Positions 11,901 to 18,723 of a stretch of 20,000 nt of DNA are shown one piece after another. The DNA lies in IMG/VR virus record IMGVR_UViG_2541047086_000003, positions 108,464 through 128,463 of that record. One strand, 5' to 3'. This DNA comes from an uncultured virus (IMG/VR IMGVR_UViG_2541047086_000003). Taxonomy: Duplodnaviria; Heunggongvirae; Uroviricota; Caudoviricetes. Below the pieces are notes generated by a model, which was given only the letters and a program-made list of their open reading frames with translations, searched no databases and was not told the DNA's origin. Position numbers and translations under genes: made by a program. The first letter of the stretch is position 1. Each line of letters opens with the position of its first letter.

Positions 11901-12248
11901 TTTTACGATAAATGGAATAGGCCGATCTTCTTTGGTGAACTTGGCATCCCACCTTACAGTAACTCTCCTGAACAGCCCCATAACGCATTCGGAGACCTAG
12001 GAGAATACAATGAATCAATTCAGGCGAATTGGTTTGAAGCTTGGGTTAGAGTTTTTCAAGCTCAAGATTGGTGGCAAGGATATTCTGTATATGCGATTTC
12101 AGATGAGAAGTCTGTTTACAACGTAATTGGCAAGAAAGCTGAATCCATTATTAGAGGACAAACATTAGGTGGTACTAAGGGCAGACTGCAGAGTTTAGAA
12201 GAGAGAGTCGCGCACTTAGAAGAATTGCTCAAATCAATTACACAATAA
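8967..12248 (+). CDS. yomG: YomG-like tail protein (Tal/baseplate-hub-like N-terminus, coiled coil) with C-terminal GH113-like TIM-barrel domain (~11220-12170)
   Basis: TTG start, SD AAGGGGA; N-terminus of prophage tail-protein type (SVNPTGQSYLDDFSYF); C-terminal motifs IILEPYP, VDIIAIAAYFEL, RPIFFGELG, QANWFEA. Confidence 0.75.
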   Translation: MIYDFKPGHLKLSLAKPNKKKVANIVDFSNASLNLNFDELHDLTFNIPLKARYNFKMKPNHVAELIKGWYLIKAEFLNRVEWFVITGLTKSENEEQTIQVRAQGLPYILHKSKIKSYEGISKNLLEVATDCLKGTCFTVDFIDPSFNEKRRSFDVTSTRYEFLKNIGETFEAVPIFDTVNNTVSFYKKETVSKYKGVQFSPKRFMIDMEDTIDIDEVVTRLDITGKDGIVINSVNPTGQSYLDDFSYFLYPFERDEKRNVIKHSDYMDDDLCHAILDYNELVNKEGSSFYLLLNQKKDLEATKTKQENTLFTLEKIELQQILDKITVAKKAGDDTKDLIKQRDAKQLEVTSKKAEISTTANQISKITEEIAVLKDRLSMDKFLGEKLMKKLSYFIRQEDWSNDNIFDETELYEKGLEELGEKNTPPVDIRTNIVNLFTVNKEKYFWDRIYLGDIIRLVNDDFRTDVKATLTGMNFDFEQQSIQVTLSNGKRATTIEQDFARSLYTAKKASTEFNKKKIDYDTLLTNYNARNDRISAPVANPTIRNDGTAITHVVNDNGSVDVSIEWDFPDSNEDKCNIDGFLIHCYSDTSDDTYLFGSKMSAEQYLSVSYDKRIATLTGQVSNKHYTFGVQAYRTVETSIDSSGRILSDIVQPKFPSENPYLPSSTVEVKGKLNGSKYTVSSTEPEEPEANDLWTNTVTGVVSSYDGEKWVSSDQKTAELVETTAAQVDTKLSDYDSRVQNIELNNLLVNPLKWKGGNVSAFGRKYYADVSYDSTVLNLNTITIPILINAVDASDSNPTVVDYTYNEAWDMIPKLKNDGYNIILEPYPFIANGTVAETDWIPSDLNQWFTAWNNILQDFAKKCEQFKLDGLYIASNLVHMEDSTEKWKSVITGLRSLFSGKILYRTNYWVTAEWAPETIVAYNKKLNNPIFGLVDIIAIAAYFELTDNRNPTVDQLIDAIYSVPLYGRGQNIFKEIKAFYDKWNRPIFFGELGIPPYSNSPEQPHNAFGDLGEYNESIQANWFEAWVRVFQAQDWWQGYSVYAISDEKSVYNVIGKKAESIIRGQTLGGTKGRLQSLEERVAHLEELLKSITQ

Positions 12249-12268
12249 GAAAGGACGGTGAATTTAGT

Positions 12269-13084
12269 TTGGATTTTCCTCAGCTCTATAACGACCCCAC
12301 CCTTTCTCAAAAAAGGAAGGGCTCAATCGATGACCCTTATTTAAGCTACAGTGAAACTTTAACTGTTTACAATGGTCGAGTCTTACTTACAGAAGTACCT
12401 AACCGTGAGTACAGAGTCGAGGTTAGTGGTGACAGTAAAGAATGGCGAGAAATTGAAGATGGTGAATTAGAAGACAACTACTTTAAGGTTGATTACCTTA
12501 TGGGAGTTGTCTTTTTCAATGGTTCAAATGAAGGCAAATCACTTACTTTTACATATCAAGGAGAAGGTGCATCTTTCTTCCCTGCCTCAAGAATTTGGAT
12601 TAAACGGCAAGGAAATATGGTCATTGAAACACTTCAAGGCTTAATTGATGATGCTGAAGATGCCATTATTCGTATCAACGAACGTATTGCTGAATGTGAA
12701 CGTGTCACCAAGCGATGTGTTGAAATAACAAATTGGTGCAGACAAGCAACATCAGATTATGAGTATGTAGTTGAGAACACTAGGAAGATTTACTTGCCGT
12801 TTGTGTACACCTATCAGGATTTATTAAGCACTTATCCTTCCCCTCAAATTGGTTGGACTGTCACTGTAAAAGAAACAGGCATTGAATATCGATGGGATGG
12901 TTTTGACTGGATAAATATTAGCGTCTCAGATAAGTATGATGGTTTCAACATTGTTTCTAGCTATGTAGAGCCTTACAACATCAGGTCAGTATGGTTGAGA
13001 ACGAACAATGCTCCCAAAAAGATGAGGATAAAACCTTCTGTAGAACCCCCTGACGGAAGTATGGTTTGGATTAGAAAAGGATAA
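12269..13084 (+). CDS. yomF: YomF-like phage tail/baseplate protein
   Basis: 271 aa, TTG start after SD AAAGGACGGTG; syntenic with and similar in size to SPbeta yomF as recalled. Confidence 0.7.
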   Translation: MDFPQLYNDPTLSQKRKGSIDDPYLSYSETLTVYNGRVLLTEVPNREYRVEVSGDSKEWREIEDGELEDNYFKVDYLMGVVFFNGSNEGKSLTFTYQGEGASFFPASRIWIKRQGNMVIETLQGLIDDAEDAIIRINERIAECERVTKRCVEITNWCRQATSDYEYVVENTRKIYLPFVYTYQDLLSTYPSPQIGWTVTVKETGIEYRWDGFDWINISVSDKYDGFNIVSSYVEPYNIRSVWLRTNNAPKKMRIKPSVEPPDGSMVWIRKG

Positions 13085-13097
13085 GGAGGAGTATATA

Positions 13098-15680
13098 TTG
13101 AACGACAATTTAATTCCCGTAAACACAATGGGTTATATGGACGAAGAAACAGAGCAATGGATACCCATTGATGCTATCGGGTTAAAATCAAATAATATTA
13201 GATATACTGCAGACGATATTCAAGAGGCTTTTGATAAAGCTTCTAAGGATATTAAAAACGTAATAAGTACAGTCGATTCTGGCTTAACAGATATCACAAA
13301 CACTATTGGAGACATTTCAAAAATCCCTGCATCCGGTGCAACAATTGTTGATAAAGTCCTAAATGAATTTATCAGACGAAGTGTCAATGTTCAGGATTTT
13401 GGAGCTAAGGGTGATGGTGTTACTGATGACACTGAAGCTTTCAAAACTGCCTTTGCAAGTGGGAAACGAGAGGTTTTTGTTCCGGCAGGGATTTACATGG
13501 TTCAAGGATTGCACATCCCCTCTTATGTCAGACTTTATGGTGTTGGATCAGGGTCTGTTATCAAACTTCACCCAACTGCTACTGGAACATCTTGTGTATT
13601 AACCAATAGTGACTACACAAATGGAAACGAATTTATCTTAATTGAATACTTAGACCTCGACTGGAATTTAGATAAAAATGATAACACCATTACAAACGGA
13701 ACAAATGCGAACTGTGTGGGCATTGTTAACTCTAAATTTGTTCGGGTTAGAAACGTCAATGCTCGTAATCCAGGTGTACACGGTTTTGATGTAAGCTCCC
13801 CTGTTTGGAACTCTTCTTCTGATGGAGCAGATCATTATCAGCCAAATGGTAGCAAATATGTTTGGATTGAAAATTGTACTGCAACTAATTATGGTGACGA
13901 CGGCTTCACAACGCACTATTCTGATTACGTCTTCTTCACTAACTGTTACGCCTATGACGCTAATGGATCCGCACACAGCAAAGGAGCTTCAAATTCAAAC
14001 GGTTTTGAAATTGATGACGGCTCTAAAAACGTATGGCTTGTGAACTGTTACAGCCGAAAAAATTGCAGGGGTTTTGAAGTCAAAGCTCACAACAGAGCGC
14101 CTGCAGCAAGAAACGTAAATTTAATTAACTGCTATTCCGAAAATGATATCCGCGCATTTGATTTTAGGCATATTGGCTTTCACCTAGCCTCCGAAAAACC
14201 CTCTACAAGTGCATTTGACATTAATGTCGTTAACTGCACTGCCCAACATCCTATCTTCAGCGACCTTTATAAAGGGTTAAATCCCCGTGCACTTGTTATT
14301 TCCGCTTATAGAAATGTAAATGTATCAAACTTCAATGCAATTGGTGATCCGACGTATGATTATAAGAATACTATAGTAATCTCTACTCAATATAAGAGCA
14401 GAAATATCAACCTAAGCAACATCACTGTTTCAGGGTTTACAACAGCAAGTAACGATATCTATGTAATCGGTGGAGCCCAAAAATCAGACAATGTAAACAT
14501 CTCGAATGTAACCATTAACCAATCTGCACTAGTGGGTATTGCTGTTGGAAGTAAAGTTGGCTCAGTCAATATCAATAACGTTAACATGACGGGAACAAAC
14601 AAAGCAGGTTCAATAGGTGTTTATTGCACTAACTCACAAGCCAATATTAACGCTGCGATGTGCGAACAATACGCTACTCCCAGTAAAATTGCCGGGAAAA
14701 CCTACGCATTTATCCCGAATAATTTCAAAGGTGGTACACGGATTGCGACGACTTCCGGCTACGCTAAAACAAATACTAGCGTCGTAATGGCATCTTCAGG
14801 TGGCGGACAAGCAACTGGTGACGCTTCTGCCGTTATTGCAACAACTGGCGGTTCTAAAGCAGAAGGGCCACGTAATGCAGTTATTGCGTCCTCTGGAGGA
14901 TCTAAAACAACTGCAGAAGGAAGTCGTTCATTGGTTGTTGCATCAAATAATTCTTCCATTGAAGGATCAGGATCTTCTAGGGTTGTTATTGGATCACAAT
15001 CTGTAGCAAATAGAAAAGGTTATACCACTATATGGGGATATGGAACATCAGATGCCCCTTCCACCTCGAACATTAAGATAGAACATGATGCGATGAGAGG
15101 AAATATTGCCTTAACCGGTCAGGTTAAAGGTGCTTCCACATTTGCTGATTATGCGGAGTACTTCGAATCTGCAGATGGAAGAGCAATTCCTACCGGATAT
15201 ATGGTCACACTTGATGGGGACAAAATTAAAAAAGCGAATCTCGGTGACAAGGTATTAGGGGTTATATCTGAAACAGCTGGCATTGTGCTCGGAGAGTCTT
15301 TGTTTAATTGGCAAGGAAGATACCTCAAAAATGAATTCGGCGGTCTTATTTATGAAGATAGGGATGTGACATTTGTGGATTCGGAAGGTATGCAAAGAAC
15401 AGAAATAAGAAGGCTACCAAAAGAAAATCCCAACTTCAATGCCAATGAAGAATATGTTCCACGATCTGAGCGTCCTGAATGGAATATAGTCGGTATGTTT
15501 GGACAAATTTTCGTTCGCATTGATGAAACAGTTCAAGACGGCGACAGAATTGTACCCAAAGCCGGCAAAGGATCAAAATCCTCTGATGCTTCAGGTTATC
15601 CGGTAATGAAAATAACAACGCCTTACACAAAAGAAAGAGGATACGGTGTTGCTGTCTGCTTAATAACACCGACAGTTTAA
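13098..15680 (+). CDS. Tail spike / pre-neck appendage-like protein: pectin-lyase-like beta-helix plus peptidase G2 intramolecular chaperone (phi29 gp12-like; yomE position)
   Basis: SD AAGGAGGAG, TTG start; VNVQDFGAKGDGVTDDTEAF beta-helix start; GDDGFTTH and SNGFEIDDGS repeats; FADYAEYFES autocleavage motif (E687) and YVPRSERPEWNIVGMFGQI C-terminal motif. Confidence 0.85.
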   Translation: MNDNLIPVNTMGYMDEETEQWIPIDAIGLKSNNIRYTADDIQEAFDKASKDIKNVISTVDSGLTDITNTIGDISKIPASGATIVDKVLNEFIRRSVNVQDFGAKGDGVTDDTEAFKTAFASGKREVFVPAGIYMVQGLHIPSYVRLYGVGSGSVIKLHPTATGTSCVLTNSDYTNGNEFILIEYLDLDWNLDKNDNTITNGTNANCVGIVNSKFVRVRNVNARNPGVHGFDVSSPVWNSSSDGADHYQPNGSKYVWIENCTATNYGDDGFTTHYSDYVFFTNCYAYDANGSAHSKGASNSNGFEIDDGSKNVWLVNCYSRKNCRGFEVKAHNRAPAARNVNLINCYSENDIRAFDFRHIGFHLASEKPSTSAFDINVVNCTAQHPIFSDLYKGLNPRALVISAYRNVNVSNFNAIGDPTYDYKNTIVISTQYKSRNINLSNITVSGFTTASNDIYVIGGAQKSDNVNISNVTINQSALVGIAVGSKVGSVNINNVNMTGTNKAGSIGVYCTNSQANINAAMCEQYATPSKIAGKTYAFIPNNFKGGTRIATTSGYAKTNTSVVMASSGGGQATGDASAVIATTGGSKAEGPRNAVIASSGGSKTTAEGSRSLVVASNNSSIEGSGSSRVVIGSQSVANRKGYTTIWGYGTSDAPSTSNIKIEHDAMRGNIALTGQVKGASTFADYAEYFESADGRAIPTGYMVTLDGDKIKKANLGDKVLGVISETAGIVLGESLFNWQGRYLKNEFGGLIYEDRDVTFVDSEGMQRTEIRRLPKENPNFNANEEYVPRSERPEWNIVGMFGQIFVRIDETVQDGDRIVPKAGKGSKSSDASGYPVMKITTPYTKERGYGVAVCLITPTV

Positions 15681-15799
15681 TTCAATGCCCTCTTTAAAGG
15701 AGGTGGTTATGTTCTAGTTAAAATATAAATTTTATTCAATTTGCAGCATTCAAAAACAGAGATATCAAGAGCATACGTGAGAATATGTAAGTTTATCAA

Positions 15800-16024
15800 A
15801 TGGAGGTGATTGTCATAGTCTCAATCTTCCATCTTTTGGTCATGTGCCCAGCCTTTTTAATAGTTCATGCATATTACTTGGTTAGATTTAAATTTCTAAG
15901 AAAAGACGATTCCTTCAAAGAGAATAGAACATTCTGGATCATTGTGCAAGCGTTAGAGGCTCCCATATTCAATGGTAATTTCAGATCGATGTTTAATGAG
16001 TTAAGACTATTAAAAAAGACTTAA
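15800..16024 (+). CDS. Small hypothetical membrane protein, start uncertain
   Basis: Hydrophobic N-terminal half. Strong SD GGAGGTGA at 15802-15809 precedes an in-frame ATA at 15815, whereas the ATG at 15800 lacks an SD. Confidence 0.4.
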   Translation: MEVIVIVSIFHLLVMCPAFLIVHAYYLVRFKFLRKDDSFKENRTFWIIVQALEAPIFNGNFRSMFNELRLLKKT

Positions 16025-16058
16025 CAATAAGAGAGTAACAGCTTATATACATGCAATC

Positions 16059-16095
16059 GAGAGAGATCGGAATTTGTTTCCCTTCTCTCTTTTTT
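16059..16095 (+). terminator. Terminator-like hairpin upstream of the endolysin
   Basis: GAGAGA...TCTCTC imperfect stem followed by a T-run. Confidence 0.45.
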
Positions 16096-16128
16096 GTGCT
16101 CAAATTTAATTTAGGAGAGATGTTTAAT

Positions 16129-17175
16129 ATGGCTATTCAAGCGAGACAAATGCTAGTATCCCCAGAGAAATACGGAATCAAATGTCCATATGCATTATCT
16201 GCTTCATTCATCACTTTTCACAATACATACAACAACGCACCAGCGCAAAATGAAGTTAGTTATATGATCGGTAACAATAATGAAGTTTCTTTTCACTTTG
16301 CTGTAGATGACAAAGAGGTTGTTCAAGGGATTCCTACAAATCGTAATGCATGGCATACAGGTGATGGATCAGGTGTGAATTCAGGAAACCGGACTTCTAT
16401 CGGTGTAGAAGTTTGCTACTCTAAATCAGGCGGAGAACGCTATAAAAAAGCTGAAGCGTTGGCTATTAAGTTTATTGCACAACTCCTTAAAGAACGTGGT
16501 TGGGGTGTGGATCGAGTTAAAAAGCATCAAGACTGGTCTGGCAAATATTGCCCACATCGAGTTCTTGATGAAGGACGTTGGAATGCTGTTAAAGCTTCTA
16601 TTGCTGCTGAATTGAAAGCACTCGGCGGAAATACTTCTTCCTCATCTTCAAAGCCAACAAAAGTCGTTAAAACAAATGGTTCTTATGTTAAGAACACAGT
16701 TATCGCAGACAGTCTTAATGTGAGAACCCAACGCAATGCAAACTCCTCTATTGTCCTTACCCTTCCTAAAGGCTCCAATGTCCAATATCAAAAAGGATCA
16801 ACTCAAAACGGTTGGGGTTACATTAAATATACCAATTCTAAAGGTGCTACATACAGCGGCTATGTAAATGTGAAATACATTAAAAGTGATGCTGAGCTCG
16901 GACAATCAACCCCAAAGCCTAAATCCACTTCTAAGCCTAAAAGCAGTGGTATCAAATCTGTAGGCAAAATTAAAATTGTCGGTGTACAAAGCGCTGCAAT
17001 CGTTATGGACAGACCCGATAAAAACAAAGCAAAGAACCTCGGCACTGTAAAGCTAGGTGATACCATCAGCATTTCTGGCTCAGTGAAAGGTTCAAACAAT
17101 GCTAAGGGTTACTGGGAAGTGATCTATAAAGGTAAACGCGGCTACATCTCAGGTCAGTTTGGGTCAAAAATCTAA
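16129..17175 (+). CDS. Endolysin, N-acetylmuramoyl-L-alanine amidase (Amidase_2, CwlA/XlyA-like) with SH3b-like cell-wall-binding domains; blyA position
   Basis: Start reassigned to ATG 16129 (SD AGGAGA at 16113-16118). Motifs ITFHNT, SFHFAVDD, NAWHTGDG, SIGVEVCYS, KHQDWSGKYCP; SH3b-like LNVRTQ...GYVNVKYI. Confidence 0.9.
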   Translation: MAIQARQMLVSPEKYGIKCPYALSASFITFHNTYNNAPAQNEVSYMIGNNNEVSFHFAVDDKEVVQGIPTNRNAWHTGDGSGVNSGNRTSIGVEVCYSKSGGERYKKAEALAIKFIAQLLKERGWGVDRVKKHQDWSGKYCPHRVLDEGRWNAVKASIAAELKALGGNTSSSSSKPTKVVKTNGSYVKNTVIADSLNVRTQRNANSSIVLTLPKGSNVQYQKGSTQNGWGYIKYTNSKGATYSGYVNVKYIKSDAELGQSTPKPKSTSKPKSSGIKSVGKIKIVGVQSAAIVMDRPDKNKAKNLGTVKLGDTISISGSVKGSNNAKGYWEVIYKGKRGYISGQFGSKI

Positions 17176-17193
17176 ATATATTTAATTATCTTT

Positions 17194-17233
17194 GAGGATG
17201 ATTGTTGATCGAGGTATATCAATGATTATCCTC
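17194..17233 (+). promoter_or_regulatory. Long intergenic stem-loop between endolysin and holin-accessory gene
   Basis: GAGGATGATTGTTGAT...ATCAATGATTATCCTC, about 16-bp stem with G.U pairs, followed by TTATTTT. Confidence 0.55.
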
Positions 17234-17289
17234 TTATTTTAGGAGGTGATGTAATGTCACCTTTCTATTTTATCAAAGGTTGGTGACAA

Positions 17290-17682
17290 ATGGATAACTT
17301 TGAGCAAAGCACCATTTCAAGATTAAGTGCACTTGAAGAAAAAGCTAAGCACACTGATAACAAAATTGACTCTCTTGAAGAAAGAACAAATGTTATTGGT
17401 CGTATTGCTACGCTTGTTGAGCAGCAAGTCGAAATTAATAAGGATTCTCAAGCACAATCGAGAGAACAGTTCAGCACTCTGAACGAAATGAGCAATAGTT
17501 TAAAAAATCTGAGTAAATCATATGAAAAACTGGACAATCGAGTTGAAATATTGGAACGCTCTGATTCTACTCGCAAAATTGATCCCTCTCAGTTTACTAA
17601 AGACCTTGTGTTTAAGGTACTGCCCAGTGTAATTGCGACTATTGTCGCAGCCTGGTTACTCATACATTTTGGGCTTAAATAA
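17290..17682 (+). CDS. XhlA/BhlA-like holin-accessory protein (coiled coil plus C-terminal TM helix)
   Basis: Heptad-rich N-terminus, single C-terminal TM (VLPSVIATIVAAWLLIHF); lies between endolysin and holin. Confidence 0.65.
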   Translation: MDNFEQSTISRLSALEEKAKHTDNKIDSLEERTNVIGRIATLVEQQVEINKDSQAQSREQFSTLNEMSNSLKNLSKSYEKLDNRVEILERSDSTRKIDPSQFTKDLVFKVLPSVIATIVAAWLLIHFGLK

Positions 17683-17702
17683 AATGAACAGGAGCGAATT
17701 TC

Positions 17703-17954
17703 ATGACTAAAATTAACTGGAAAGTAAGACTTAAAAAGAAAACATTCCTGGTTGCAATCTTCTCCGCAACTCTTTTATTCGCACAAGCTATTACATCAGC
17801 TTTTGGATACGATATTTCTGTGTTTAGTGATGATCTCACTGAGAAATTTAATGCGCTGTTGACATTTTTAACTGCCATGGGAATTGTGGTGGATCCAACC
17901 ACTACAGGTATCTCAGATAGTGATCAAGCAATGGAATACACAGAACCAAAATAA
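17703..17954 (+). CDS. Phage holin, phiLC3 family
   Basis: INWKVRLKKKTFLVAI, two TM segments, GIVVDPTTTGISDSDQAMEY signature; SD AGGAG. Confidence 0.9.
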   Translation: MTKINWKVRLKKKTFLVAIFSATLLFAQAITSAFGYDISVFSDDLTEKFNALLTFLTAMGIVVDPTTTGISDSDQAMEYTEPK

Positions 17955-17957
17955 CTC

Positions 17958-17983
17958 AGGGGAGCTCATCTCCCCTTTTTTTC
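17958..17983 (+). terminator. Intrinsic terminator ending the lysis cassette
   Basis: AGGGGAG-CTCAT-CTCCCCT followed by a T-run. Confidence 0.85.
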
Positions 17984-18006
17984 ATTTTTAATTAAGAAAG
18001 GAATGA

Positions 18007-18297
18007 TTGTTGGTCATGCAAATAGGATCTGGGTATATCGGGAGTCCAATGCTTGAGAAGTCAGAATCTAACCATGAAGTGATCCCTTCCCCACCTGCAA
18101 CCTGGACGATTAAATATTCTTTCTATAAATTCAGCTTTTCGAATGATCAGGAATGCCACGTATCAATCAATGGTGGAAATCCTATCTATTTAAGAGCTGG
18201 ACAAGGCTTTCAAATGGACGCTCACGATTCACCTATCACAAGCTTCAAAATTTCTGAGTCAGGGATAACATATAATTTTTTGGGGGCGCATAAATGA
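18007..18297 (+). CDS. Hypothetical beta-rich protein (start may be 18007 or 18016)
   Basis: SD AAAGGA near 17997-18002; 96-aa ORF whose end overlaps or abuts the start of the next gene. Confidence 0.7.
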   Translation: MLVMQIGSGYIGSPMLEKSESNHEVIPSPPATWTIKYSFYKFSFSNDQECHVSINGGNPIYLRAGQGFQMDAHDSPITSFKISESGITYNFLGAHK

Positions 18298-18572
18298 GTT
18301 TCTTCAATCCGATGGTTAATGTCTCAATTGTCACTGGGAAGTCTGCTTATGATATTGCAGTGGACAATGGTTTTTCAGGAACTGTAGAGGAATGGTTAGC
18401 TTCACTAAAAGGTGAAAAAGGCAACACTGGAGCTACTGGCGCTAAGGGAGACAAAGGTGATACTGGTGCTGCCGGTAAAGATGGAAAATCAGCATATGAA
18501 TTAGCCGTTCAACAAGGTTTCTCTGGAACATTAGATGAGTGGCTTGCTTCTCTAAAAGCAACAGCAAACTGA
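18294..18572 (+). CDS. Small collagen-like protein: Gly-X-Y tract flanked by two GKSAY(D/E)xAV-xxGFSGT-xxEWLASLK repeats
   Basis: GEKGNTGATGAKGDKGDTGAAGKDGKS triplet repeats; duplicated ~25-aa module. Confidence 0.8.
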   Translation: MSFFNPMVNVSIVTGKSAYDIAVDNGFSGTVEEWLASLKGEKGNTGATGAKGDKGDTGAAGKDGKSAYELAVQQGFSGTLDEWLASLKATAN

Positions 18573-18576
18573 TCAT

Positions 18577-18608
18577 ATACCCTTCTCTAACGAGGAGGGT
18601 ATTTTTTT
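18577..18608 (+). terminator. Intrinsic terminator
   Basis: ATACCCTTCTC-TAAC-GAGGAGGGTAT followed by a T-run. Confidence 0.85.
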
Positions 18609-18723
18609 CGTTTCGTTCATAATCGAATTATTGATTTGTTTTTAATTTTCACTCAAATTCCCTTTACATTTCTTTCCTCCAATGCAACTATATAATAAAA
18701 TGGATTTGAAAGGGGTTTAGGAC

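Noticed and set aside
16051..16128. Longer endolysin start at 16051 (possible signal or SAR extension)
   Set aside because: No SD, and it runs through a terminator-like hairpin; ATG 16129 has an SD and matches CwlA-like N-termini.
1182..17902. Numerous short minus-strand and alternate-frame ORFs in the track
   Set aside because: They lie within or largely overlap long, well-supported + strand genes and show no recognisable motifs; treated as shadow ORFs.
18663..18696. Full sigma-A promoter TTTACA...TATAAT for rap
   Set aside because: The spacer is 22 nt, too long; only the -10 box is credible.
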